In this document: one piece after another, positions 51,500 through 62,893 of the stretch
How positions within the stretch are numbered: position 1 is the first letter of the stretch
How the letters are laid out: each line of letters starts with the position of its first letter
Source: Podarcis gaigeae
Taxonomy: Eukaryota
Strand: one strand, 5' to 3'
Length of the DNA: 64,000 bases
NCBI GenBank assembly: GCA_964106915.2
Contig: OZ066922.1
Translations under genes and position numbers: made by a program
Notes under the pieces: generated by a model
What the model was told of the DNA's origin: nothing
The model's database searches: none
The model's input: the letters and a program-made list of their open reading frames with translations, nothing else

Positions 51500-51592
51500 C
51501 AGTGCAATCCTATACCTGTCTACTCAATCAAAAGTAAGTACCATTGATTTCAATGAGGCTTACACCCAGTAAGTGTGTAAAGGATTGCAGCC
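51500..51592. mobile_element. Approximately 90-bp palindromic MITE-like repeat; related copies near 1880, 5797, 17770, 23090, 23573 and 33330
   Basis: tgcaatcct...ccattgatttcaatg...aggattgca hairpin. Confidence 0.65.
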
Positions 51593-51804
51593 CAAGGTCT
51601 AATAAATGCTTAGATCTGTTTTTCATCCCCTATGCTTTGGTAATGCGTATCTTACATTAGTGCTTAATGCTAGGTTAGGAAGACTAACTGCCTTCTCTCT
51701 GTTCTTTCTGGCATGTGCTGATTGCCTTATTTCCTATCTGCTTTTGAATCTGTTAATTTCTGGCAATGTCTCTTTTTCACCATGCTGCTCTGTGGATTAT
51801 AAAG

Positions 51805-53382
51805 GTGGGGATATTAGCAAAGTGTGTTCACCCCCTTCCAGTTACTCAGTGCCCAACTACAGCAGCTCAAATGAATTAGATTACTGTAGAACCTATGGAC
51901 AGCGCTTGGCTGTGCCAAGTGACTCAAGAAGGGCAATCAGCTACAAGAATGGCTGGCAAATGTCCCGTCAGAATGCAGAAATCTGGAGCAGCACGGAAGA
52001 GACTTCCTCTCCCAAGCGGAAATCTCGCAGTTGTGATGACCTGCTAGCAGATGATCATTGTAGCTTTCCTGACCCACAGAATAAATCGGAAAGCATGGTG
52101 TCTTTGTTATGTGAGGAAGATTTGAAAGGTGGCTCCACACTTACCTGGGCTTCCCCATACGCTTCTGAAAGCCGTGGCTCCAGTCACTCACGGGCACGTC
52201 ATAGATCAGCACATGATGCTCCTGGCTTCCTGAAAATGTATAAGAGGATGCACCGTATCAATCGGAAAGACTTGCTGAATTCTGAGGTAATCTGTTCTGT
52301 AAAGTCCAGGGTGTTGCAGTATGAAAAGGAACAGCATAAAGACCTGCTGCAGGGCTGGAAAGACTCCTCAGCTGAGGAAGTGCCCAGAGACATGGTGCCC
52401 AATAGAATATCTGAATTTGAAAAGCTGATTCAGAAGTCAAAATCAATGCCAAATTTAGCTGAAGAAGCACTGTCAGCAGTAACCCTCCTCGAACCCCCTA
52501 AAAATGGCTTCTGTACAAAGAGACGGTTTTCCATCGAGTCCTTGCTGGAGGAGGAAAACCAAGGCAGACATGCTACTCAGGTACAACGGAATTACAAATC
52601 TAAAACTCTGGTGCCAATTCACATTGAAGTGACTAGTGAGGAACCGCAAAGATCTAATCTGGACTTTTCAGACAGTGACCAAGATGGGGTGGTCTCTGAC
52701 CTCAGTGACTTTATACAGATAGAAGGCTCTTCCTTTTGTAGTGAAAGTGATTTTGACCACTTTTCCTTTACGTCGTCGGAAAGCTTTTATGGATCGGGCC
52801 ACCACCACCACCACCACCACCATCACAAGCATCTCATCAGCTCCTGCAAAGGGAGGTGCCCAGCATCGTACACCCGCTTCACCACCATGCGAAAGCATGA
52901 AAGGGCTAAACAGGAAACTACCCCAGAAGACCCTAGAAGACAAGACTCGGACTCTGGCCTCTCTAAGATAGCATTCCTAGTCAGCCCAGTGCCTTTCCGG
53001 AGGAAAAAAACTGCAGCCCCCAAAAAGCAGGCTGAAAAGACTAAATGCAAATCAGCTGTCTTTGACGCTCTGGACTCTGCGCTTAAAGATATCTGTGACC
53101 AAATCAAAGCAGAAAGAAGAAGGGGAAGCTTGCCTGACAACAGCATCTTGCACAGACTTATTTCTGAGCTGCTTCCAGACATTCCCGAGAGGAATTCCTC
53201 CCTTAAAGCTCTTAGGAAGAGTCCCATGCTCCAGCCTTTTCATCCACTGCCTCAAGATGGTGCTATTCATTGCCCTTTGTACCAGAACGAATGTGGAAGA
53301 TTACCACTTAGTGCCTCTTACCAAGACATGGAAACAACCAACAGCAGCAGCCAAGAAAATGATAGTGCACTATGTTTCCAAG
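51805..53382 (+). CDS. SORBS2: SORBS2 giant cassette exon, 1578 nt, phase 1-1, corresponding to the nArgBP2 neuron-specific insert
   Basis: Lies inside ORF 51606-53387; tataaag|GTGGG...CAAG|gttgat. Contains [19 protein letters not shown], a His9 tract, [14 protein letters not shown] and [18 protein letters not shown]. Confidence 0.97.
52800..52826 (+). repeat. Coding (CAC)n repeat encoding a His9 tract
   Basis: CAC x7, CAT, CAC. Confidence 0.95.
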
Positions 53383-54415
53383 GTTGATTATCTCCTTTTC
53401 TTTATGCTTGTGATTGAGTCATCCACCCCCTATCCTTTCACTTCCAGCCCATTGTCATTGCGTTTATATTGTGTTTTTAGAAACAAATTGATTGTTGTGC
53501 AAAAAGTCGTAGGAGTGAAAGGCTCGTTGCTGAGTGTAAAATTAAAGCTACCTGTGCATAGAGATGCAATTATCAGATCTTCATAAGCTTCTAAAATAGT
53601 AAAGTTGTGGTTTATAATGGAAATGAAGGTCACACCCTTGAAAATCTGCTCCCAAGGAAGTGATGTAATTTCCTCACCCAGAGTTTTTAAAGGTAGGAAG
53701 ATGCCTATGATCAGGACAAAAATATCCCAATAAAATGCATAAGCAGTAGACCATGGGAAGCTATTAGAGAAGCTATGTTGTGCAATAATAGCATTAAACA
53801 ATGCAAGAAAAGCTGCTTTTTTAATTGGTTCTAACTAGGCTCACAAAGAGTATGCACAGTTATAGCTGAAACGTATTTTTACGTTGGTATATATTAATTA
53901 CACAGAATACTATTCTGAGACATTCAACTCTACAATGGCCTGTTTTACACATAACACTAATCTATAATTTAACACTATGTGCACAAGCAGCAGCAAGCCT
54001 CAGGCTTGTGCACTCACCCTCCCTTTCTCCAATGAAGAATTTGGAAACATCCATTTTTAACTAACTAGTTTTCTCTTGGATCCACGCTCAGTGTGTGCTC
54101 TGGTTAGTTTAAACTACGGGTTGCTGAAACAACTGTAAGCTGTTAGGTGAGGAGGCTGAGCAGCCTCAACAGAGCTCCACTGCCCCTCCAGATCACAAGA
54201 AGACCCTCCCTGGAGCCCAAAGAGCACATCCTCTTTAGGCTGTGGGGAGGGTCTCCTCACAAGCTACTAGGACTTTCCGAGTGCTCTCCACTTATGTGCA
54301 TATTCATTCCGTAAGCATCTATCCTGGGGGTTTTCTTTCTAGAAATAAAAGTAAGGGTAGGGATGATCTGAGTTTTAATTGTGCAGTTCAGGGAGGACTT
54401 TTACTCCTCCTCATA

Positions 54416-54801
54416 GGGACGTGGGTGGCGCTGTGGTCTAAACCACTGAGCCTCTTGGGCTTGCTGATCAGAAGGTTGGCAGCTTGAATCCACACGATTG
54501 GGTGAGCTCCCTTTGCTCTGTCCTAGCTTCTGCCAACCTAGCAGTTTGAAAGCATACCAGTGCAAGTAGATAAATAGGTACCGCTGCGGTGGGAAGGTAA
54601 ATGGCGTTTCCGTGCGCTCTGATTTCCATCCCGGTGTTTCCGTTGTGCCAGAAGCAGTTTAGTCATGCTGGCCAAATGACCCGGAAAGCTGTCTGTGGAC
54701 AAACACCGGCTCCCTTGGCCTGAAAGCAAGATGAGTTCCGCACCCCACAGTCGCCTTTGACTGGACTTAACCATCCAGAGGTCCTTTACCTTTTACCCTA
54801 C
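54416..54801 (+). mobile_element. Full-length Sauria SINE (lacertid-like)
   Basis: Head GGGACGTGGGTGGCGCTGTGGTCTAAACC; core ccaacctagcagtttgaaagca...gtagataaataggtacc; (ACCTTT)n tail; TSD of about 17 bp, cttttactc(c/t)tcctcat. Confidence 0.92.
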
Positions 54802-55435
54802 CTTTTACTCTTCCTCATCTGTTCTACCACTGTAAATTGCCCCCAAATATGCTCTTTGGGGAAATGGCACCTTCCTCGGGGAACAGGAGCTGTGGGAGTG
54901 ATTTTCAGTGAGAAAGTGGCTCAGAGATAGATGTTGCAGTTGCGATCCTAGTTGTCTAGTTCTGGACTTATATAAAAGAGGAATGCATACTTATTGATAA
55001 TCTGAAAAATGTCATGTAGTTCACCTTTCTGTGATTGTGGCATGTATCCGATACATTCCCTTGCATGTGGTTCCATATTTAAAATCTTATGATTCATTGC
55101 TATGCTTTTCTTACCCTTCGCATCCTTAATATCTCATACTTCTGTTCCTTTAGTTGCTCAAATCGCTGTTGTACAAGTTAGAATTAGGGTGCTCTGGTTC
55201 TGCTTTTGCTCTTTATTTGCTCAAGTTCAGTTTTAAAGCATAAAGTATTAGTGGAAGAATTTCCCACAGTTCAGTTTTTAGCTTCTGTTTGTCCTTTTCA
55301 TTTGTTGGTTTCTATTTTTTTAGCCCCAACTTGCATTTTGCATATAATTTAGATGTAGTGCCCCTTCAAATAGAGCCCAACGGCTTTATTTTTAATTAAA
55401 CTGAATTTCACAAAGTGGCATCTTATTTTCAGTAG

Positions 55436-55521
55436 ACCAGGAGTCTCCTGGGAACTATTCTGCTTTCACGGATGTGGGTCGATGTGCTCCAAAGGAAAGA
55501 AGAGGAACTCCAGAGAGAGAG
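55436..55521 (+). CDS. SORBS2: SORBS2 exon, 86 nt (89 nt from the upstream NAGNAG acceptor at 55433): (D)QESPGNYSAFTDVGRCAPKERRGTPERE
   Basis: ttttcAG|TAG|ACCAG...GAG|gtattt. Confidence 0.94.
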
Positions 55522-55656
55522 GTATTTAAAAGAAAATGAATAATTTAAAAGAGTTTGAAGCCAAAAAAGGCATTCTCTGTAGTTGTCACTGACATTTATA
55601 AAAGTCCACTGTTTATCAATGGTACTTTTTCTTGCCCAGGTGCTACAAAACAGGTA

Positions 55657-55854
55657 CCATATATACTCACGTATAAGCCGACCCGAATATAAGCCTGCTT
55701 TCAGGCTGCTCGTTCCGCTGATGACAACAGCGACAAAGGCGGAGGAGGAGGAAGGAGCAGCCCAAAAGGACCCTCACTCGAGTATAAGCCAAGGGGGACT
55801 TTTTCAGCATAAAAAATGTGCTAAAAAAGTTGGCTTATAGTCGAGTGTACATGG
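55657..55854. mobile_element. Tc1/mariner (Tc2-like) MITE
   Basis: TA|CCATATATACTCACGTATAAGCC...GGCTTATAGTCGAGTGTACATGG|TA. Confidence 0.85.
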
Positions 55855-56702
55855 TAATTTATTTGCCAACACAATGGAACTAGGATGGAAAAAGGAAAGC
55901 TAGAAGATAGCGAGATTCTGGTCCCCAGCAGTCTTGATGTTGTCTCTGAAGGCCTAACAACCTGTAATGAATTGTGTCTCCATTGAGGGGGCTCCATTGA
56001 CATATACATATATGTGAGATTGATGATTATTTGTCAATCTCAACAGTGGCTGGCGTGGCACGCTAGCATTTATGGAGTAAGGCTCACCCTCAGGTTCCCA
56101 TTGCACATTTGATACTCACAGGTACCAAATTAAATAGGTGCCATACCATGCCTGCCAAACATCCCAATTTGAGCAGGGCAGTTCAAATTGGGAGGCTTTG
56201 GAAGGGAGGTGGGCAAGGGCAGGCAGGTGTGAAAGGAGAGGCAGACAATGGAGAATGGATTGGTGGGGCGAGAAAGACTAAAAAGGATTGACACGTGGTC
56301 CAGAGATTGACAATTGGGGGGATCTTCTAATCTGGCGTATATATAGGCCACAATCATCGGACTCTGGCCTATCTGTGACTCCTGATTCCTTAACACTCTT
56401 TAATCATCCTGTTAAAAAAAAGTTCATCCTGATTTTCATCCCCCAGATGTTGGAAAGTATGCCATGCAGTTAAAAAGCAATATAAAAGTCTCTTAAATAA
56501 GTTAACTGAATAATAGACAGATCATTTATAGCATAAATGCTAATAAGAGACACTGGAGACACTATTATTTTAAAATGTTAGGCCTTTTACTTAGGGGTTT
56601 ACATAAAAAAGATTTTTAAATGGTTTCCTTCTTTGCAAAGTTTTCGACATAATATTTAAATATTTATATTAATGTAGACTCAATTCTTTCCCTCCATTTC
56701 AG

Positions 56703-56749
56703 AGACTGCCAGCGAGAGCAGTATATGATTTTAAGGCTCAAACCCCTAA
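56703..56749 (+). CDS. SORBS2: SORBS2 exon, 47 nt, start of SH3-A: RLPARAVYDFKAQTP(K)
   Basis: catttcag|AGA...CTAA|gtaagt. Confidence 0.97.
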
Positions 56750-57272
56750 GTAAGTATTAGTGACTGCTGTTTTTCCTTTAAAAAATATTATGTATGTTGG
56801 AGCTGTTTGCAGAGAAAACAAGAGCTATATGTAGGACTTTTAATTGCTCTAGATGAGTCTGTATATTAGATGTAGTTAAACTATTGTGGGCTAATTGTGG
56901 GATATTTAAGCATTCTACAGTATGCAAATGTTCAGTCATTTAACTTGAATGAGTCTCTGCAGTGTTTAACTGCAAAATAATGCATGGAATCATTCTCATG
57001 AAGTATTCAGCTATATCAAAGGCATAATAAATTTTAGGAAACATAAAATGTTACTTGTTTTTAAAGCTGAAGGGCGATATATATTGTTAGTAACTTAAAA
57101 GTCATTAATTTCAATGGATTTACTCTTAGTTGGATAGCAACTGATAACTCCCCGTCACAATACAGGAAACAGTTTTAAAGTGAACTATGGATATTTATGT
57201 GCGATACTAAAAGTTCATTTTAGCTCCATTTGCACAATGGGAGCACATGAATGGATGCTGCTAATGCAAATA

Positions 57273-57492
57273 CAGTGGTACCTCGTTCTACGAACAGTCC
57301 TTTTAACAAACTATTCGCACAATGAACTCCGCAAAACCGGAAGTAGGTGTTGCGATTAGCGAACTTTGCCCTGGAAGACGAACGGTGGAAGGGCACCGGC
57401 GGTGGGAGGGAAAGCGTGCCTCGGTTTAAGAACACTTTGGTTTAAGAATGGACTTCCAGAACGAATTAAGTTAGTAGACCGAGGTACCACTG
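57273..57492. mobile_element. Tc1/mariner (pogo/Tigger-like) MITE, 220 bp
   Basis: TA|CAGTGGTACCTCG...CGAGGTACCACTG|TA, perfect 13-bp TIR. Confidence 0.9.
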
Positions 57493-58163
57493 TATGGTGT
57501 TTTTTCCTGCTTGCTTGTACATTGTAACCAATATTGTTCTTTTACATTCCTGTTCAGCAAGAGAAATACAAAAATTGAGGAGGGAACCAAAACTAAAGAA
57601 TGACTTGCCTTTTCATAATAGAAGGGTATTTCTGTTGCATAAGAAAATTTGTGGTTTTTGTTTGTTTTTTAAAGGCTGACGTTTTCAATAGCACAGTACC
57701 AGGATTCAAAGCAGAAAGTTTCCTGCTGAATATTTGTACAAAACGTTTTGAATTTAGGCTCTGTTAATTATTCAAAACATGACTTGAGTTAACCATAGTT
57801 AGATGTTGTATATACACCATGCAAACCATAGTTAAAGCTGTTTCTATATCTCCTTCCTTGCAAGGGTTGAGCATGTCTTGCTGGTTATTCGCTAAACATG
57901 CCTTGCAAACTAAACCATGTTTGAGAACTTAAAGCAAGTTCTCACAGAAAAAAGCATCATAATTGTTTTTATGTTTGCACTAGGCCAATAACATCAAGTA
58001 GGGTTTATGTGCTCATGACTCTCCTTCCACAGACATGGAGGAGGAGGAGTAATAATAATAATAATAATAAACATTCAAATTAGATCTCAATATAAAGATC
58101 ATTTGAAGTACAAAAAATCCAAACAGCTAGCTTAACATTACTGTTTATAAATATCTGTTACAG

Positions 58164-58278
58164 GGAGTTATCCTTTAAGAAAGGCGATACTGTCTATATC
58201 CTCAGGAAAGTGGATCAAAACTGGTATGAGGGCGAACACTATGGAAGAGTTGGGATTTTTCCAATTTCTTACATTGAG
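58164..58278 (+). CDS. SORBS2: SORBS2 exon, 115 nt, SH3-A: [38 protein letters not shown]
   Basis: gttacag|GGAG...GAG|gtttgt; SH3 consensus. Confidence 0.98.
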
Positions 58279-58382
58279 GTTTGTGTGTATTGCCATCTTT
58301 TCCCCCCCTTCTGTGTTAGCTTTACAGAGTGCTTGCGCAAACTGAATAGACTGATTTAAAGCAACCACCATTCTCTTTCCAG

Positions 58383-58511
58383 AAACTTCTTCCCCCCGAA
58401 AAAGCACAGCCAGCAAGGCCACCACCCCCAGCACACATTGCAGAGATTGGAGAAGCTGTTGCAAAATACAATTTCAATGCAGATACAAATGTGGAACTGT
58501 CACTGAGAAAG
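58383..58511 (+). CDS. SORBS2: SORBS2 exon, 129 nt, linker and start of SH3-B: [43 protein letters not shown]
   Basis: tttccag|AAA...AAG|gtaagc; preceded by a 104-nt intron. Confidence 0.98.
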
Positions 58512-58799
58512 GTAAGCAATGACTAACAGCTTCTTTGTCAAGTAAGCATTTAAACAGTATTGTTATTCAGAACTAAAATTACCTGAAGTGATGGAACGGA
58601 ACGCTACTGTTTCACGCTGTGGCTGGTGAGATTTGTGGCTCGTTGAATAAGGAAACAGGTGAAAAACAAGAGACTAGCCAACTTTTAATAGTACCTAGTG
58701 TTTCACACATATTTGAAGTGTTCGAAATAATTCACATACGCTGTCTTGCTAATCTCTTTAAAAGGGTCCTATAAGTTAGACAATATATTGTTTGAAATA

Positions 58800-58927
58800 A
58801 GTGCTGTTGTGCTCAGGTCCTTCCTGCTTGGAGACCTTTCATAGGCGCCTGGTTGGCCAATATGAGAACAGGACTCTGGACTAAATAGGCCTTTGGCCTT
58901 ATCTAGCAGACTCTTCTTATGTTTTTA
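58800..58927 (+). mobile_element. CR1-type 3' tail fragment
   Basis: ggactaaataggcctttggccttatctagcagactcttcttatgtt resembles the tail at 47820-47867. Confidence 0.65.
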
Positions 58928-59337
58928 CATGTGTCTCACTTTTCCAGTGTGTTATAGCAACAGTGGAAAATTAAAAATACAATCATATAAATTGAATTAA
59001 ATAAATAACTAGAAACTGTCTCCACTAGTAAGAAAAGTTGCTATAGAGAGCAATGGGGGGGGGGGAAGGAATCATTTTTAAAATTATCCTTCTGGAATAA
59101 AAATCAGGAGGAACAATTCCTCAGTTCCACATTATTCTCATTTTGTGGTTGTGGGCCATTCTGAAAGTACCAAAACCCACCTGGTTGAGGTGAGCTTTGG
59201 GGTTGGAGTTTTCAGGCTCGCAACTCTCGCTCTTTGTTACTACACTACCCTGAAAGACCTGAAAGATTGGGTGGTAATGAACATGTGATGCATTGTAGAG
59301 GATTATCACATCTAAGCTTCCAAGTTTTGCTTTCCAG

Positions 59338-59541
59338 GGAGACAGAGTAATGCTCCTTAGACGGGTTGATCAAAATTGGTATGAAGGCAAACTACCAGGA
59401 ACCAACCGACAAGGAATCTTCCCTGTGTCCTATGTGGAAATCATAAAAAAGAATGCCACCAAAGGAGCAGATGTTTCTCCTGTTCCTCCAATACCCCAGA
59501 GTTATTCCAGCGACAGAATACATCATTTAAGTTCAACTAAG
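59338..59541 (+). CDS. SORBS2: SORBS2 exon, 204 nt, SH3-B: [34 protein letters not shown]...HHLSSTK
   Basis: tttccag|GGA...AAG|gtaagg. Confidence 0.98.
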
Positions 59542-61881
59542 GTAAGGAGAACTTTGATCTTTTCAAACATGTCTAGAATATTCCTATGCACAGACCTCGA
59601 GCCAAATTAACCAGAGGAATCGGTACATATTTATTGAAACGATCAAGCACACAGCACTACTACACTTACAACACTTTCCTCTATGAAAACACAAATGCAT
59701 AGTTTTTTGTTTGCAGTATTTATATCAAAAAAAGTTCTCCCTGTTGTGTTACCTTTATGTTTTAAAAAATGTTTCCTTTTTGTTTTTTAAAAAATGATTC
59801 TCAGAGTTTGTTAGCACTAACCGTATTAAAGCCAATGGAAATCCACTTCATTTGCTACCATTTATTGTAAGCTGCTTCCACTTCGTCCAGTTTCTTGCTC
59901 CCGTAAATGCAATGTGGATTGGTCAAATTGAAGGTTCCTCTTTTCACGTGTATAAACCTGTGATGGGAAAGAAGTTTGATTGAGTTTTCAGGTTAAGGTG
60001 AACTTACTGGTACTTAATTTGCACTTCCCAAAACAATGCCTAAACAAAAACTAAAATGAAGCTATCCTTCAAAATTCACACTTCTCTGAATTTTGCCTTC
60101 TAGTTTGCCAACCAACTGATGTGTATAAAAATATGTATAACGGGAGGAGATGTGCGTAGTAATGCAACAGGCAATAATATTACTATCGCTTAGTAGAAGT
60201 GGCAGCAACCCACAGGTAGCTTTGAATAGACTGCCTTGGTGCTACAGAGGCATCGGCATCCTTATACAGAAATGTATGGTGCCAGTGCTGTGTGCATTTC
60301 ACTGTCCTTTTTGTTGAGGACCTGCATGGGCAGCAGCAACAGTTCATCAGAAATTATTCTGCAGTCCACTGATGGATCACAATCTACATCCTGTCCATCA
60401 AGCTATGTTTCTGTCCTAAAATCATATCTCAAATCTCCAGCTCTTGTAATGTCAGATGTTGAACAAAAGAGGATTAACACTATGATAAACTATTTGAATG
60501 TAAGGTGTTACTGTCATTGTGATGTACTATTAATTGCAGTTTCTCCAACATTTTAATATGTGCAGGTGTCAGTAGGGTATTTTGCTAGTATACAGTTGCA
60601 GCTAGCAATTGATGGACACTCTCCACCTAAATGTTTCATAACAAAAGAGAGAATAGACTCTCTTACTACTACCACCACCACCCACCATAAAATCTCTTCA
60701 ATCCATGAATATATTGGATTTTAGTGGAGAACTATCACTTTATGTCTCATTGTTCATAATATTTTCTATGTATAGATGATTACTAGAGGGGTGCTAATTG
60801 AAAAAGCTTTAACATTTTGCAAACAGAATTCATTTTCTCCCTCTCTATGTGTCCAAAACATATGTCAACTAGCAGTTGAGCTCTTTCCATCCCCACTTCT
60901 CTTCTTCTCTTCTGAGCACCAAAAATATAGTTGATGAACTCTTTTAATGTTTACCATGTAATCAGTTCAAATCATCCTCAAACCCAGAGGTTCTCATATT
61001 GTGGCCTACAGATCACTAGTGGTCGGCAAGCTCCATTTGTGTGGTCTACACAAAGGTTATATTTCAGTAGAGATCGCCTGTACTTGGCCCTGCACCTGAT
61101 TTTTCCTAATGACTGAGGTCAAGTCTCTTTTGACCAGGGACAGATGTCTCAAAATAGCAAGGCTCTGGCCTATTACTCATGACCTTCATTTTTTTAAAAT
61201 GCTGTTTACTTATTTTCCCCTAAAAATTACCAGTTAAAAGGACTTTTCTCAACCTCAGACACCTCATTTCCACAATACTGCACTGGTGGTGCTGAAGAGC
61301 TAAAAGGTTGTAGTAAGTAGTCGTCTGAGGCCCCCAGCAATAAGTGGTCCCTAATAATGTTAAAATTGAGGACCATTGCTCTAACTGCATCACAGAGAAA
61401 ATTATGAAACTATTTCCTCTCCTTGCTCACTTGCCCTTTGTCAGAAGAGCACAGAGAAGTGTGCACAGGCCTGCACACACCCTCCCATAGATCCAAATGC
61501 CCTACTTGTCCCCACAACCATACATACCAACTGGTCCAACCAGGAGTAGCCTGTATCATGGAAAGAGAAGAGTGGGCCTATGGGATCTATATATGGCTGG
61601 TGCCCATAGTGGCTGGGTATTTTTCACTGAGACCTGGCTGAGAGCAAGCCTGGAAGAGAAAAAGAGAATAAAGATCTCTGTCAAGCCTCCTGCTCAAGGG
61701 TCGCTGAATCCTCTTCCCTGCAAGACTGTTCCTCAGAGTGGCATCCTGATACTGTGTCACCCCAGCTGTGGCAGCAGGGTTGAAAAGAATGGCAGTTGGC
61801 TACCAGCTATCGCAAGGAGCTCTGTCTCTCTCTTGCTGTGCAGAGAGGGAGAGGGAGGGGGAAAGGCTACTGTGAGGTAGA

Positions 61882-61965
61882 TAAAACCCTAGAGAGCTGC
61901 TGCCTATCAGTACGGAAAATACCACGCTAGATAGACCAGTGGTCTGATGCTGTATAAGGTGCCAC
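61882..61965 (+). mobile_element. 3' part of a tRNA-headed squamate SINE
   Basis: aaaccctagagagctgctgcc...ctagatagaccagtggtctga...tataagg. Confidence 0.6.
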
Positions 61966-62783
61966 CCTTTACCCCTAGAGTTGATTTCAATCATTCCAAG
62001 AATTATCTCAAAAGTTTTTCTTTTCTTTTCAAATGAAGGATTAATTTTGAGTTTTAATAACAAAAACTACATTTTCAGTATTTACTGAAGCAATGGATAT
62101 CTACCGATGCAATATACGTATGAATCCCAACTCTTCCTGTTGTTACAAAAAGGACCTTTATTTTGCCAGAAGGAAACTTCAATCAATATTTAATTTTACA
62201 ATATGATTCAGCCAATAAGGATATTCAAAATATATGGCTGTGTGTGTTTACAATAATTGTCTATGATGTGCAATAAGTAGCATCGGAATGCTGTATACTT
62301 TTGAAAGACATGTAATTATACGTCAAATGCAGTATGCAGTTGTATTTAAAATGTTTCTGCAAAGTTTCCATGTCAAGTGATGATTTTCTTTTAATGCTTG
62401 CACAACCTGAGATTGCCCAGTTGGTGTTAATATTCACTAGTATTTAATAGTACCCCAATCTGAGCTGCATTTATATTTTTTTGACAGCACCACTCTGCTC
62501 TAAAAATAAGAATAGCCATGGTTTGGGGAATTCTGGCAATAACATTTGGACCGTTAGTCATAGGCTTACTAAAGGACAGTAGAGAGAACATAACTCTCAT
62601 GGATCAAATTCACTTCATGAACTCAGTGATTCAGATCTGTCTTGATGTTTGACATTTAAGCTCTGGGCATGAACCTGATACAGTTTCACTTTTCAGATAT
62701 GCTTTCTGCTCTTCTGATTCATGTGATAATGATTTCAGACATTTATGCTCAATGAAATAATATCCTATGGCCAGGAGATGTCA

Positions 62784-62786
<3 letters not shown>

Positions 62787-62822
<36 letters not shown>

Positions 62823-62832
62823 ACACACACAC
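62787..62832. repeat. (GT)n(AC)n self-complementary microsatellite
   Basis: A GT run directly abutting an AC run, about 60 nt upstream of the 810-nt exon. Confidence 0.95.
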
Positions 62833-62893
62833 CTGAGCCCATTGCCTTTTTTTTACTTTGTTTTAATTTCTATGCTTTCCCTTATTTCTCAAG

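Noticed and set aside
51606-51804. Hydrophobic N-terminus of the 593-aa ORF, resembling a signal or transmembrane segment
   Set aside because: It is the translated pyrimidine tract of the acceptor; similarity to SORBS2 starts at 51805
52668-53586. Antisense and alternate-frame ORFs over the giant exon
   Set aside because: Shadow ORFs of a coding sequence with no independent support
62500-62509. MEF2-like CTAAAAATAA, also near 19323
   Set aside because: A short AT-rich motif expected by chance; cannot be supported without conservation or ChIP data
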